From: an uncultured virus (IMG/VR IMGVR_UViG_2199352004_000009)
Taxonomy: Duplodnaviria > Heunggongvirae > Uroviricota > Caudoviricetes
Strand: one strand, 5' to 3'
Length of the DNA: 64,000 nucleotides
Virus record (IMG/VR): IMGVR_UViG_2199352004_000009
Shown here: piece by piece, positions 24,662 through 37,300 of the stretch
Position numbering within the stretch: the first letter of the stretch is position 1
Layout of the letters: every line of letters begins with the position of its first letter
The notes under the pieces: generated by a model
Told to the model about the DNA's origin: nothing
Database searches by the model: none
The model's input: only the letters and a program-made list of their open reading frames with translations
Made by a program: the position numbers and the translations under genes

Positions 24662-27381
24662 TAAAAAATAAATTATCAGATCTTATCTCTATACAACTCC
24701 CTGATCATATCAGGGAGAGTTATCCAACATTTGTAGAATTTCTTCAAGCATACTACAAATTTTTAGAAACTCAAAATGTTTATAGAAATTTAGAAACGAT
24801 TAGAGATGTTGACGAAACAATAGACATTTTTATAGATCAATTAAAGAAAGAGTTTGCTGTAGATTTCCCGCAGTTTGCTAGAGATCGTCAATTTCTTAAA
24901 AATACTCCACATATTGCAGTTTCGCATGGAAGTGAAGAATCTTATAAATTTCTTTTTAGAAAGATGTTCCAAAAAGAAGTTGATATTCGTTATCCTAGAG
25001 AACAATTATTAACTATCTCAGACTCTAAATGGGTTCAAGATTTTTCTATTTTCGTTAAGTTAACTTCTGGTGATATTCTATCATTACAGAACAACGTAGT
25101 GTTTTTAAACACTATAGTTAACGGAATTTCAACTAAAAATAGAATCTATGTTAAACGTGTAGAGAGTGTTTTAACATCAGAGTCTATCTATGAATTGTTT
25201 ATCAATAAAGACGTTTATGGTAAAGTATTATTTGGCGATACCATAAACCAAGATGGCGTGGTTGCAAGTGTAGTAAATACCACAACTTCTATAAAAATTA
25301 AAAAAGCAGGGTTTGGTTTTAAAGTTGGCCAAGTTTTTAATATAGAATCAGATGTTGGTTCTGGATTAACGTTCAAAGTGATTGAAGTTACTGCTCTTGG
25401 TGGTATAAAAAGTACACAGATTATAAATTATGGTATAAATTATAAGTCTTCGTTTTCCTTTGATTTACCATCTACATTTTTAATAGGTGATGTAGTAGAA
25501 ACTACATTAGGCACACCTATTAAAATATCAGCATTCTCTTCGATACAACGTTACATAGATTCTGGTATAATATCGAAACAAAATTATTATACTAGCGATT
25601 ACAGTACTGATTATGTTGGTGAAGTTATGACTTCCTTCAATTCAGTTACTGTAGCCGAAGAAATAACAGCAAACTCTGCAGAGTTAGAAGTTGTGTTAGG
25701 TACTTTAGCAAAATACCAAGGATACTACGAAAATTCAACAGGCTTAGTATCATCACCAGATAGCGTTATTCAAGATAATAATTACTATCAAAAATACTCA
25801 TATGTACTGCGTATAGATGAAGCATTATCATCATACAAAGAAACAGTGATGTCTTTGTTGCATCCTATTGGTAGAAAGTTATTTGCTGAGTATGTAGTAG
25901 ACAACATATTTGAATTAAACTATGAAGTCGTAGAACCAGTATTTAGAATCTTGCTGCCATTATTTGCAGGTATTCCTACTGTTGTTAATGCCTTGTCTGA
26001 GTTTAATTTGTTATTCGACAAACCAGTAACTTCAGTTCAGCTAACATCAGATGATGATTTCTACTTATTTGAACAGTCTACAACTACATTGTTAACTTCT
26101 TTTGATGATCCTACTTTACTGGATTCAGTATCTGGAAGAGTAAAGGGTTCATTTAAAACGTACTTGTTTGAATCTATAAAGGCATCAACTTTAGACCCTC
26201 AAGAATTTGATAGACGATACTTATTTGAACAACCTCTGGGATCACCAAATGCGTTAAATGAACCGAACGTATCAAAGGTAATTCCTATCACACAATTAGT
26301 AGAACTGGTTGTTGAAAAAGATGTACAGACACCGATGATAGGTGTAGAATCTGCTAACCGCTATTTGTTTGAGAAGGAAGATTCTCCTACATTGTTAACT
26401 TCTTTTGATGATCCTACTTTACTGGATTCAGTATCTGGAAGAGTAAAGGGTTCATTTAAAACGTACTTGTTTGATATAGAACTGAAAGATTCTAGAGCAT
26501 CTACTATATCTTTTGGTGACCCAATTTTTGTATCAGAAATCAATTTAAACGCATTCCCAGCTACTAATCCTAATCCCGCATTCACAAGTATTTTACAAGC
26601 GGAACTATTTGTACATGAATTGCCTAAAGTAATCGTTTTAAACGAATTCCCAGCTACAGATCCTAATCCCGCATTCACTACTGTTTTACCACAACAAACA
26701 TTTTCTGCCGCTCGTGATATCGTTTTAAACGAATTCCCAGCTACAGATCCCAATCCCGCATTTACAAGTATTTTACAAGCAGGACTATTCCTTCATTCAG
26801 TAAATATAGAGCAATTCTATCAGCTTCTAAGTTCATTCTCTCCTAGTAGTAGTCCATCGCTAGATTATGTACAAGCGCCATTCAGTTCGCCACCAGTAAC
26901 AGCAACAGATACTGTTCCACTATTGATTGATAAATTATTCAGTCGTGTGGTACCACCTACTATCGAAAACGTTTTAGCTAATGTACAAGTAACAGGAACT
27001 GCAGGAACATTTACTTGTAATCAGATTTACTTTGGTCAAAATGTCTTTACTATATCAGTTACTGGAACAAATACAGGTACTGGTAGTATCTCTGGATACA
27101 TTCCTGGTGTTATTAATTTATATGAGTTACTCGCTACAAATGGTAGTGTTACCCCCAATACATTTACGTTAGCTGAATATGGAACAAACGTACCTATTGC
27201 AACAACTGCAGGCACTCTAACTGGATTAACATTCACCAGAAACAACTCAAGTTTAAACTTAACCCCATCCCAATCTTTCGTAATAAATAGTGATAGCGGG
27301 AATGTGTTTTTCAACCAATACAATGATGATTTTAGCTATTTTGCTGATGAAACATACCTTGCAAGAACAAGAACTTTTTAA
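24658..27381 (+). CDS. baseplate wedge protein gp7-like with repeat-expanded C-terminus
   Basis: Follows gp6; FVEFLQAYY.FLE, IQDNNYYQKYSYV and LHPIG. Confidence 0.7.
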   Translation: MIKNKLSDLISIQLPDHIRESYPTFVEFLQAYYKFLETQNVYRNLETIRDVDETIDIFIDQLKKEFAVDFPQFARDRQFLKNTPHIAVSHGSEESYKFLFRKMFQKEVDIRYPREQLLTISDSKWVQDFSIFVKLTSGDILSLQNNVVFLNTIVNGISTKNRIYVKRVESVLTSESIYELFINKDVYGKVLFGDTINQDGVVASVVNTTTSIKIKKAGFGFKVGQVFNIESDVGSGLTFKVIEVTALGGIKSTQIINYGINYKSSFSFDLPSTFLIGDVVETTLGTPIKISAFSSIQRYIDSGIISKQNYYTSDYSTDYVGEVMTSFNSVTVAEEITANSAELEVVLGTLAKYQGYYENSTGLVSSPDSVIQDNNYYQKYSYVLRIDEALSSYKETVMSLLHPIGRKLFAEYVVDNIFELNYEVVEPVFRILLPLFAGIPTVVNALSEFNLLFDKPVTSVQLTSDDDFYLFEQSTTTLLTSFDDPTLLDSVSGRVKGSFKTYLFESIKASTLDPQEFDRRYLFEQPLGSPNALNEPNVSKVIPITQLVELVVEKDVQTPMIGVESANRYLFEKEDSPTLLTSFDDPTLLDSVSGRVKGSFKTYLFDIELKDSRASTISFGDPIFVSEINLNAFPATNPNPAFTSILQAELFVHELPKVIVLNEFPATDPNPAFTTVLPQQTFSAARDIVLNEFPATDPNPAFTSILQAGLFLHSVNIEQFYQLLSSFSPSSSPSLDYVQAPFSSPPVTATDTVPLLIDKLFSRVVPPTIENVLANVQVTGTAGTFTCNQIYFGQNVFTISVTGTNTGTGSISGYIPGVINLYELLATNGSVTPNTFTLAEYGTNVPIATTAGTLTGLTFTRNNSSLNLTPSQSFVINSDSGNVFFNQYNDDFSYFADETYLARTRTF
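26084..26474 (+). repeat. exact 88-bp direct repeat (26084-26171 and 26387-26474)
   Basis: CTACATTGTTAACTTCTTTTGATGATCC...AAAACGTACTTGTTTGA appears twice in frame. Confidence 0.9.
26544..26780 (+). repeat. three imperfect tandem units encoding LN(A/E)FPAT(N/D)PNPAFT
   Basis: Units begin at ~26544, 26637 and 26724. Confidence 0.85.
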
Positions 27382-27390
27382 GGAATTAAT

Positions 27391-27867
27391 ATGACCCAAA
27401 ATGAAAACAAAAATGATGTTGAAGATCTACTGAGTCCAGTAGGTTACTTGACAATCGAAAAATTTAATGCCGACGGTAAATTAGTCGATGTTCGTAAAGT
27501 TAAGAATACAGTTGTTGCCACTGGCAAGACTTTTATTGCTGGCTCTATGATTAAGACTACTACCAACACACCAACTGCCATGACTCACATGGGTATCGGT
27601 ACTGGTGTTGTTGCCGTTAACGCTGGCACCGACACGACACTAGGAACTGCTAACGGCGCACGTGTTACATTTACAGAAGTTAGTTCTACTGGTAACCAAG
27701 TTACCTATAAAGCAACTTTTGCTGGTGCTTATTCTGGTGCTATTACAGAAGCTGGTATTTTTAATGCATTGACTAGTGGTACAATGTTATGTCGTACCGT
27801 ATTCGGTGTAGTTACAAAAACCACTTCTGATACTATCACTATCACTTGGACAATCACTGTAAGCTAA
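27391..27867 (+). CDS. hypothetical baseplate/tail structural protein
   Basis: Thr/Gly-rich beta protein; NTVVATG..ITEAGIFNA..TITWTIT. Confidence 0.6.
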   Translation: MTQNENKNDVEDLLSPVGYLTIEKFNADGKLVDVRKVKNTVVATGKTFIAGSMIKTTTNTPTAMTHMGIGTGVVAVNAGTDTTLGTANGARVTFTEVSSTGNQVTYKATFAGAYSGAITEAGIFNALTSGTMLCRTVFGVVTKTTSDTITITWTITVS

Positions 27868-27874
27868 TATTCAA

Positions 27875-30800
27875 ATGGCAACTTCAATTCTAAAGAATGC
27901 GATACATTCTTCTTTAGCTAAGACTCTTTTAGATGAGATTCTTAGCAAGAAGAACAAGTATTACTATACGTTCGGTAAAACAGATCCATGGGATCTTGCG
28001 GAGACTCCACAATCGGCTATTGATACTTTAGAATATGAATATACTACCAGAAGTAATATAGTTACATGTCAAGAGATTTTATCAAATGATGTATGTTTAG
28101 TTATTGATCGTATCAACTGGGTCTTGGGCGCAGTATACGATCAATACGATAACTACAGCGAAACTAATGTGGCTTTTTCTGGAGCTACTTCACTAGATAC
28201 ATCAAATTTTTATATCTTAACAGATGAATTTAATGTATATAAATGTATCTCAAATAACAGAAACAGTTCGTCGGCTGTAAAGCCTACAGGTCAGTCCACA
28301 GGTTTTATTAATATCGTAGAAGATGGTTATGTGTGGAAATTCATGTATAACATTCCATTATATCTTCGAAACAAATTTTTAAACTCATCACAGATGCCAG
28401 TTGTAAATGCTTTACAAACTGGATACTACAGTGATGGTAGATTATCTCAGGTTGTCTTTAATCTTAAAGGAACCAAGTATCATGAAAACACAAGTCTTGG
28501 AAGTATAGCAACTAAGACTGTTAGTGGTGTAACCAACTTAAGAAAGTTGTATGGTACAAATTCTGCAATCCTTTCTCTAGTTGCTACAGACAGAGTTGAA
28601 GTCAATGGTGAAGTTAGATCAGTAGCATCTGTAGCTACTGAAGTTGTAGAAAGTGTTACATATTATGTAATAACAATTGCAAACAATGAACCTCTATTGA
28701 GAGTAACATCTTTATCTCCAGCGAAAAAATTAAACACCGAACTAGAAATTATTGGTGATGGTTACAGACAAGCAAACCCTTATGTAATGACAGGGATTTC
28801 GGTAGTTGATGGTGGATCTGGGTACACTAGCAACGAAGGATTGGTAGTTAATTTCCCAGCACCATATCAAACTGGTAGCGTTGCATCAGGAACTGTTGTG
28901 GTGAACGTTAACGTTCTTGATATTGCATTATCTAGCGCAGGTTCTGGATACACTCAAGTTCCTACAGTATCAATAACTTCTGGAGGTGGTACAGGCGCAA
29001 CAGCGTCTGCCACATTGGGATTTCCAATAAGCTCAATAATTAGTATTCCTGTTATTGGTTCTGGGTATAGCTTACCACCGACCATATCATTTAATGGTGG
29101 TAATGGAACAGGTGCTGCAGCTACAGCTAGATTATCTGGTACTATTGAATCAATAGACTTTACTTCTGGCACTACAGGTGAAGGATATGATACTGCTCCT
29201 ACAATCACAATTGGAGTGCAGTGGGCACAAACTACTGCTTTAACAGTGGATCAACAAATAGCACGTGATGGTAGATTGTATACAGTTACTGGCGCTGGAA
29301 CTACAGGGACAGTTGCACCAACTCATACCAGCGGTTCTGCCACCAATGGAACTGCAACACTAGCATATGCTGGAGTAGCAGCTTCTGGTATAGTAACTAT
29401 ATTCAACGGTTTGGTTCAAAGTGTTTCTCTTATTGGAGGTTCTGGATACTTGTATGCTCCATCAGTTGCATTTAGTGGTGGTACACCAGACACACCAGCA
29501 TCTGGTACTGCAGTACTTAATGCTTCTGTAGCTTCTATTGTTGTTACTAATCAAGGTACTGGTTATACAACAGTACCATTAGTTGTAATAACTCCATATG
29601 GATTAGACGCCAGTGCAACTATTGTTCCCGCAGAAGCAATTGCTTCTCTATCTCCAACTAATGGATCTGTCAAAAGTATAACATTATTGACTGCTGGACA
29701 AAATTATACAACAGCACCAACTGTTACTGTCATACCTCCAACTATTACATTTAATGGTTCCACTGCAGTAAGTGTTGCCAATGATACAATAACTTACAAT
29801 AATCATGGTTTTCAAACAGGTGCTGCTGTAGTTTATTCTAACGGTACTGGAACTGCTATAGCAGGATTGACTAATGGAACTACATATTACGCAAACGTAG
29901 TATCTGCTAATGTCGTTAAGTTATATAATAATCAAACAAATGCACTCGCTGGCGGTGCAACTGGTTTAATTGACATAACAGCTGCTGGTGTTGGTTCGAA
30001 TCATACTCTAACCAACACGACAGTTGGATTTCAGGCTACTGCAAATAGTGTAGTATCTTCAGGATATATAAAGAGTGCTGTATTGACTGACCCTGGTTAT
30101 GGCTATAACGTTATTCCTACCCCATTTTTATCATTCACTAATGGATGGGTGGCTGGTGCTGTTGTTACATTGAATCAAGAAATCACACACCAAAATAGAA
30201 TTTACAAAGTAACTGCGGTAACAAACCCTTATAATTTAGGCACTTCTGCACCATCACATACAACTGGCGCAGTAGCCAACGGAGATGCTACACTTACATA
30301 TTTGTCTACTGCATCTATTCCAACATTACAATCTGTTGCAGAAAAGTCAAAGGCATATATCGAACCTATTGTAGATGTAACTAACGGTGAGATTCATGGT
30401 GCTATTATTATTGATGGTGGAACTGGGTATACGTATGCAGCATGCGAGGTCAAAAGAAATAAACCACCAACATCTGGAACAGGATTTGATGCTCAATTAA
30501 CAATTGATACGTCTATTGGTGCTGTTAACTCGGTTCAAGCGCAGGTTGAGCTTACTGCAGTCAATGGTTCAATAGACAACTTCCAAATTGTTTCTGGCGG
30601 CATTGGATATGTTCAAGCAAGTACGTCAGTTTCTATAGTTGGTGATGGTACAGGTGCTACTGCTACTGCCACCGTACAGTCTGGTGTAGTTACAAAGATA
30701 AACATTATAACTCGTGGTAAAGATTACACTAATGCTACTGTAACAATTAATGGTGTTGGATCTGGTGCACAAACTAGAGCAATAATTGGACCAATTGGTG

Positions 30801-31330
30801 GTCATGGAAAAAGCAGCGTAGATGAGCTAAACGGTCGCACAGTTATAATGTATAATCGTTTGTCTCAACTTGCGGTAAAGGCAGTTCCACTTGATGCTTT
30901 GACTAGTGTACGTCAAGTTTGTGTATTGAAGTCACCAAACCAATTCAATAGTGTATTTAATTACAATAACTTTACTGGCAGCACCTGCTATAAAATTACT
31001 GTGGCAACTACACCTACTACGGCAGCATTAAATTCTGTAGTTACTGTATACACATCGCAAACGGTAACTTCATCTTCCATTGCGGTTAAATTCAAAGTTA
31101 TTGCAAAAGCTGCAAATTCTTTAATCTTGCAGGCAATAGATAACAATGACGAACTAATAAAATCAGGAAACTTTATGAGAAGCATTACTGGTGTTTTCCA
31201 TGCAATAACGTATGTGGAAAAACCAGATGTCGATAGATTCTCTGGTGACTTAATTTTTATTGACAATAAAACACCATTTGCACCAAGTGATGAGCAGCCA
31301 CTGGTGATAACAACTAGATTCAAGTTATAA
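27875..31330 (+). CDS. gp8: baseplate wedge gp8 with large internal repeat insertion
   Basis: gp8 core FYILTDEFNVYKCISN..DGYVWKFMY and C-terminal SGDLIFIDN; many GxGYT..PTV modules in between. Confidence 0.8.
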   Translation: MATSILKNAIHSSLAKTLLDEILSKKNKYYYTFGKTDPWDLAETPQSAIDTLEYEYTTRSNIVTCQEILSNDVCLVIDRINWVLGAVYDQYDNYSETNVAFSGATSLDTSNFYILTDEFNVYKCISNNRNSSSAVKPTGQSTGFINIVEDGYVWKFMYNIPLYLRNKFLNSSQMPVVNALQTGYYSDGRLSQVVFNLKGTKYHENTSLGSIATKTVSGVTNLRKLYGTNSAILSLVATDRVEVNGEVRSVASVATEVVESVTYYVITIANNEPLLRVTSLSPAKKLNTELEIIGDGYRQANPYVMTGISVVDGGSGYTSNEGLVVNFPAPYQTGSVASGTVVVNVNVLDIALSSAGSGYTQVPTVSITSGGGTGATASATLGFPISSIISIPVIGSGYSLPPTISFNGGNGTGAAATARLSGTIESIDFTSGTTGEGYDTAPTITIGVQWAQTTALTVDQQIARDGRLYTVTGAGTTGTVAPTHTSGSATNGTATLAYAGVAASGIVTIFNGLVQSVSLIGGSGYLYAPSVAFSGGTPDTPASGTAVLNASVASIVVTNQGTGYTTVPLVVITPYGLDASATIVPAEAIASLSPTNGSVKSITLLTAGQNYTTAPTVTVIPPTITFNGSTAVSVANDTITYNNHGFQTGAAVVYSNGTGTAIAGLTNGTTYYANVVSANVVKLYNNQTNALAGGATGLIDITAAGVGSNHTLTNTTVGFQATANSVVSSGYIKSAVLTDPGYGYNVIPTPFLSFTNGWVAGAVVTLNQEITHQNRIYKVTAVTNPYNLGTSAPSHTTGAVANGDATLTYLSTASIPTLQSVAEKSKAYIEPIVDVTNGEIHGAIIIDGGTGYTYAACEVKRNKPPTSGTGFDAQLTIDTSIGAVNSVQAQVELTAVNGSIDNFQIVSGGIGYVQASTSVSIVGDGTGATATATVQSGVVTKINIITRGKDYTNATVTINGVGSGAQTRAIIGPIGGHGKSSVDELNGRTVIMYNRLSQLAVKAVPLDALTSVRQVCVLKSPNQFNSVFNYNNFTGSTCYKITVATTPTTAALNSVVTVYTSQTVTSSSIAVKFKVIAKAANSLILQAIDNNDELIKSGNFMRSITGVFHAITYVEKPDVDRFSGDLIFIDNKTPFAPSDEQPLVITTRFKL

Positions 31331-31333
31331 ATA
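31326..31333 (+). promoter_or_regulatory. T4-type late promoter
   Basis: TATAAATA about 30 nt upstream of ATG 31365. Confidence 0.7.
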
Positions 31334-31364
31334 TAATAGCTAAAGTTATTAAGAAGGCTAAGAA

Positions 31365-34300
31365 ATGACAATCAACTTCAATGCAGAACCATACTATGAT
31401 GATTTTGACGAAAACAAGAAGTTCTTAAAGATATTATTCCGTCCTGGTTACGGTGTACAAGCAAGAGAGCTAAATCAACTTCAAAGTATTCTGCAGTCGC
31501 AAATCTCTAGAGTCGGCGACCACTTATTTAAAGAAGGTTCTGTTATCATTCCAGGTGAAATTGGATTCGATAATGCGCTTTCTTATGTTAAATTAACAGC
31601 AACAGTTGGAACTTCTGGTACGGATGGATTTTTACCAGCGTTAGTCGGTAACATCTTAGTTGGACAGACTACAGGTGTGCGAGCAAAGGTTTTAACATAT
31701 ACAACTAAGACCTCAGCCGATCCGTCAATGGTTTATGTTAAGTATATTAACTCTGGAACTAATGGAACAACTAAAGTGTTTGCTGCTGCAGAAACTTTAG
31801 TGTCTGAAGAAACTGGCGTTAGTGTAACAGTTCAGTCTAGTGCTGCTACTGGTGTTAGTTCTGGAGCTACAATACAGCAGGGTGTATTCTATGTAAAGAA
31901 GAACTTTGTTTTAGTTGACGCCCAAACAATCGTTATCGACAAATACTCAAAAACACCTACTGCAAAGATTTGTCTAGAGATTGTAGAAGATACAGTCACA
32001 CCAGAAGAAGATGAGACTTTATTAGACAATGCTGCTGGGTCATTTAACTATTCTGCTCCTGGCGCTCATCGTTATACTATTTCTTTAAACCTTGTTAAAA
32101 AGTCTTATGATTTCACGATTGGTGAGGGTACTAACTTTATTGAAATTCTTAGAGTCAAAAATGGTAACATAGAGTATTTGGTGAACAAGACTCTTTATAA
32201 TGAATTAGAACACACGCTGGCACGCAGAACATATGATGAGTCTGGAAATTACGTAGTTAAAAATTTCCCAATCAACATTAAAGAGTTCCGCAATAATGAT
32301 CGTGGAACATATGTTGTAAACAAACCATATCTAGCAAATGATATCGTTGCGCACACAACAGCTGGTGGTGTTAAAAATTTCTATCGTGCATTAAATACTG
32401 GATTCTCAGACTCAAACACAACTCCAAGAAGCACTGCTGGTTCTACTGGTATTGTTGTGTGGCAGGAAGTCTCAGTTCCTCCATATAACAATGGTGTCTA
32501 TACTGCATCAACTACATATACAACTACAACCCAACATGAGGCTGACGAGGCTAAATTAGCTGTCGGTCTTGGTGCTGGTAAAGGTTATATTTTTGGATAT
32601 GAAGTAGAAACCAAAGCAACATTCTATACGCCACTATTAAAGGCAAGAGCTACTAGCAATGACCAAGACTTACAGTTTTCTACTGATCTTGGGCAATATA
32701 TTGTTGTTCAAAATCTAAACTCATTCCCAGACGTTTCTACATATCCTGAAGTTCTACTTTATGAAGATCCTACAGTAACATTAGGCGTATCTTCTGGTCT
32801 CAAGCGTGGAACTGCTAGAATCAGAGCCATTGAATATGAATCAGGGGCTATGGGTACTTCACAAGCAAGATACAAAGTGTTCTTGTTTAATGTAGTTATG
32901 GATTTGGTTCCAAGTGGTAATGGTAGAAGATATTCTATCACAAACAGAATTAAACAAATTGTTATCCCTGCGGCTTCTACATCAGCAACATTCACCGCTG
33001 ATCTGGCATTAAATGCAGTTCAAACTTCAGGAACAGTTATAATTAGTGGTAAATCTATATTTGGCACAGGAACATCATTCTTAACAGAATATGAAGCTGG
33101 TGAATATGTTTACATTAATGGTACCTATTCTAGAGTGCAGACTGTAGTTTCAAACACTGCTATGACTCTTAACACGAACGTGGCAGGAACAACATCAATT
33201 GTAATAGATGCTTCCAGTGCAAGCGTGGTTAATACTAGCACTGATGTGATTTCTTCAACTGCTCATGGATTTAGCACTGGCGTTGAAGTTAGCTATGACG
33301 CTGGTACCATCTCAACTTCTTCTGGTGATTCTATTTCTGTAGATACTACAACTGATGTAATTACAGTTCCATCAACTACAGGGTTAAGTGCTGGAAAGGT
33401 TATTAAATTCGGTGCAAATATTGCTGGAATTTCAGCCAATAAATCTTACTATGTGAAAACTGTTCCAAACGGAACAACGTTCACTATCTCTGAAACCCCT
33501 AGTGGCGCAACACTTGATCTAACAGCAGAAGTAACCAAAACTGTAACCAGTATCGTTCCTTCTACAAATACTATTGTTCTTTCTGATGCAACTAACATTG
33601 CTGTTAACGATAAAGTAACTTTTGCAGGCACGACTTTTGGCAGTATTGTAGCAGGTACTAACTACTTCATTAAAACTCTTGCAGCTAATGTTGCTACAAT
33701 TTCTACTTCTAGTGGTGGTACAGAGTTTGATATCACTGCAGTTACTACTACAGCAACTGGTGTAGAAAAGACTACAAACTTTGTAGTTGTTTCTAGTGTT
33801 GCTGGCATGGCAGTGGGTAATACTATTACACTAAGTGGTACAGCTTTTGGTGGGCTGGCAGCTACTACATACTTTATTAGATCTATTGATACTGCTGCGA
33901 AAAAGATTACAATTTCTACTTCTAGTGGTGGTACAGCTGTAGTGTTTGCGAATACTGCATCAGGATCTATGACAGTTACACTTAACACTGTAGTTACTTC
34001 TATGACTATGGCGGATGCTGTAGTTACAAAGACATCATCTCTATCTTTTGATGCTAATGCTATTGGTGGCTTAGTTGACGGTGGATCTTACTTTGTTTAT
34101 GCAGGAACTAGTGCATCACCAACACCAAACTCTTTTGTTCTGTATAATTCTCGTACTGGAGCAGAAACTGGTGGGTCACTTGGTAAAATGGATATAACTG
34201 CAGTAGGCACAGGAACTGCTCACATATTTACAAGAAACACTACATCAGGTGTAAAGATAGAAAAGGCGTACCGTCCTCTTGTCAATGCTGGTGCAACTAG

Positions 34301-37300
34301 CTTGATATTTAAACTTCCATATCCTGTAATCAAGAATGTTTCTGATGTTAGATACACATCAACAAGAACGTATATTGGCACAATAGCTTCTGGCTCTGTT
34401 GCTGTTTCTTGCGATACTCCATACCAATTCGCAAATCCATTAGCTATTGGGTCTTATCAATTAGTAAGCAGAGCAACTGGTCAGAATCTTACATATTCTG
34501 GAGCAACACGTTCTAATAACAATACTACCATAGAATTCACTGGACTAGGTTCTAACAACGGACAACAAGTAGTTATACAAACTACATTAGATGCATCTGT
34601 TACTACTAGCCCTAAGATCAAAACTCTAAAGAGCGTAACGCATACAGTTACTTCTAAATCTATTGGAGAATCTAACGCTATCTACACAGGTAAAGCTGAT
34701 GGTATTCGAATAGTTAGTGTCAATATGGATACTGGATCATGGGGTCAGCCATCTGGACAATATACCACAAATATTACAGATAGATTTAACTTTATAACAA
34801 ACCAAACTGATTCATACTATGGAATTTCTTTCATTCAATTGAAGGATGGTAAGTCAAAACCTACAGCACCTATTAGAATAGTATTTGAGCATTATGAGCA
34901 TAGTGGATCTGGAGACTTTTTCTCAGTTAAATCATATGATGGTATTCCTTACCAGACAATTCCAGTGTACAACGGATTTGCCTTGGCAGACTGTATTGAC
35001 TTTAGACCTAAAGTAACAGATAACTTTACAGGCGCTGTCGTGTTCACAGACGATGAAACATTAATGCCTAAATTTGGCACAGACATGGTTCTTGATCTAG
35101 AATATTATCTTGGCAAGAAGTGTAAAGTCTTTATGGATCGTAACGGTAAAGTTACTATCAGCGAAGGTGTATCTACACTTGTCAATCAACCAGCAGCACC
35201 AGAAATTAGTGACAACGTTTTGTTGTATGATATTCAACTGCAACCATACACGTTCGGCACTTCTTCTACAAATATCTTGATTAAGGGTGTAGATAATAAA
35301 CGTTATACAATGGCTGATATTGGTAAGTTAGAGCAAAGAATTAACAACCTAGAATATTATACATCTCTATCATTACTTGAATCTGAAACTCAGAATTTAA
35401 CGATACGCGATGCTGATGGTCTTGAGAAATTTAAAAATGGTTTTGTTGTAGATAACTTTACTGGTCATGCCATTGGAGATACTACAAATCCAGATTATCT
35501 AAATTCTATTGATTTTGAATCTAGAATGTTACGTCCATTCTTTGTCCAAGACCAAATTCCATTCGTAGAAGTAGCATCATCAACTAACGATAGAACTGCA
35601 CGTAACTATGCTTTGACTGGTAAGTATATTACATTACCATTTACAGAAACCACGTATATTGAACAGGTGAGATCTTCATCTAGTGAAAAAATTAACCCAT
35701 TTGCGTTCTTTACATTCTTGGGTAACATGACTATAACTCCAGCAAGTGACACATGGTTTGAAGTTAAGCGTCGCCCAGATATTATTGTTGAAGAAAAAGA
35801 AGGTAACTATAATACTATTAAGAATCTTGCTGAGAAAGCAGGTGTACTTGGTACTATATGGGGTTCTTGGGAAAAGAATTGGGCAGGTCGTTCAGAAAAG
35901 ACTACAAGTTCACAAACATACGCTGCATACTCGGTAGGTGGTGGTGGGTTTGCTGGTGGATGGGGTGTCAATAGTCAGTCATTTACAGTTTCTACTGTTC
36001 AAGTTTCTGTGCCTAAGTCAAGAAAAGGAACAGAAACTTATGTGAAGACTATCTATGATGAAAGAGTCTTAGAAGATAAGATTTTAAGTACTACTATTCT
36101 TCCATATATGAGATCTCGTCGTTTGACAGTTCAGACAAAGGGTCTAAAGGGTGATACCGTATTCTATCCATTCTTTGATGGAAGAAACATACAAGAGTAT
36201 TGCACTCCTGCAGAAAAGATTATATTTAATGCAAGAACTGGCAAGTCCTCTATTTTTGATACTGTTAGCCGTGCAGGTAATAATTATTCTGAAACTGCAA
36301 GATTATTTGCAGGCGACTCTACAGATTTATCTATCAGCGTTGGTGATGTTCTAATTGAGTATAATTCAGCAGGTACTGTTGCAACTGGTGTTACAGCTAT
36401 AGTTGTTGGATGGGAAAAATATGATGCAGGTCCAGATGCAGGAAAATTTGCTGTATATGTAGTTAATAGAAAATATCCAGTTAATGCTACTACTACTGGT
36501 TTCGTTGCAGGTAATGTTATAAAGGGTACATTGAGCGAAGCTGAAGGTGCTGTTGTTTCTGCAACAACTACTCGTGCAGGTGGTGAATTAAGAACTTCTT
36601 TACAGGGATCTTTAAACTTTATATTCTATGTGCCGAACACGACTGCTGTTAAATTCAACACAGGTTCAAACGAGCTTGCATTACTAGACTTTGAAACATA
36701 TGATAAAAAGTCATCTACGTCATCTGCTACAAAGGCATTTACTGCCAGTGGTATTTACCAAGAAAGACAAAATCAGATTCAACGAATCCGCAATGGTGAG
36801 TTGGCAACAAGACAAGTTAGTGATAGCGACATCGATAAAACAACAGAAACTAGATTCTCAAACTCACCTGGATGGTATGACCCACTAGCTCAGACATTCT
36901 TGGTTCAAGAGACCAATGGTGTATTTGTAACATCTGTAGACTTATACTTCTATAAGAAAGATGTTTCTGCTCCAGTTATGATTGAGATCAGAGAAGTTGT
37001 TAATGGATATCCAGGTAAGACTGTACTAACAACATCTAAAACTCAGATTGCAGCCTCAGAAATTAAAACTTCTGACAATTCTAGCTTGGCGACCAATATC
37101 AAGTTCCCATCACCTACGTATTTAAATGGTAATACTGAATACTGTTTAGTTCTATTGTCTAACTCTGATGTTCCCGAAGTCTTTGTTGCTAAACAAGGCG
37201 AGTTATCTAAAGAGAATGGTGGACAGATCGACAAGCAGCCATATATGGGTGTTTTCTTCAAGTCGCAAAATGCTTCTACTTGGACAGCAGAGCAAATGAC

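Noticed and set aside
26084..26474. 88-bp repeat pair as DGR template/variable repeat
   Set aside because: The copies are identical with no adenine-specific mismatches, both are in frame mid-gene, and no reverse transcriptase is in the window.
26544..26780. Three spaced repeats as a mini CRISPR array
   Set aside because: They are imperfect, in frame within a CDS, and vary mainly in ways that preserve the peptide, so they are protein repeats.
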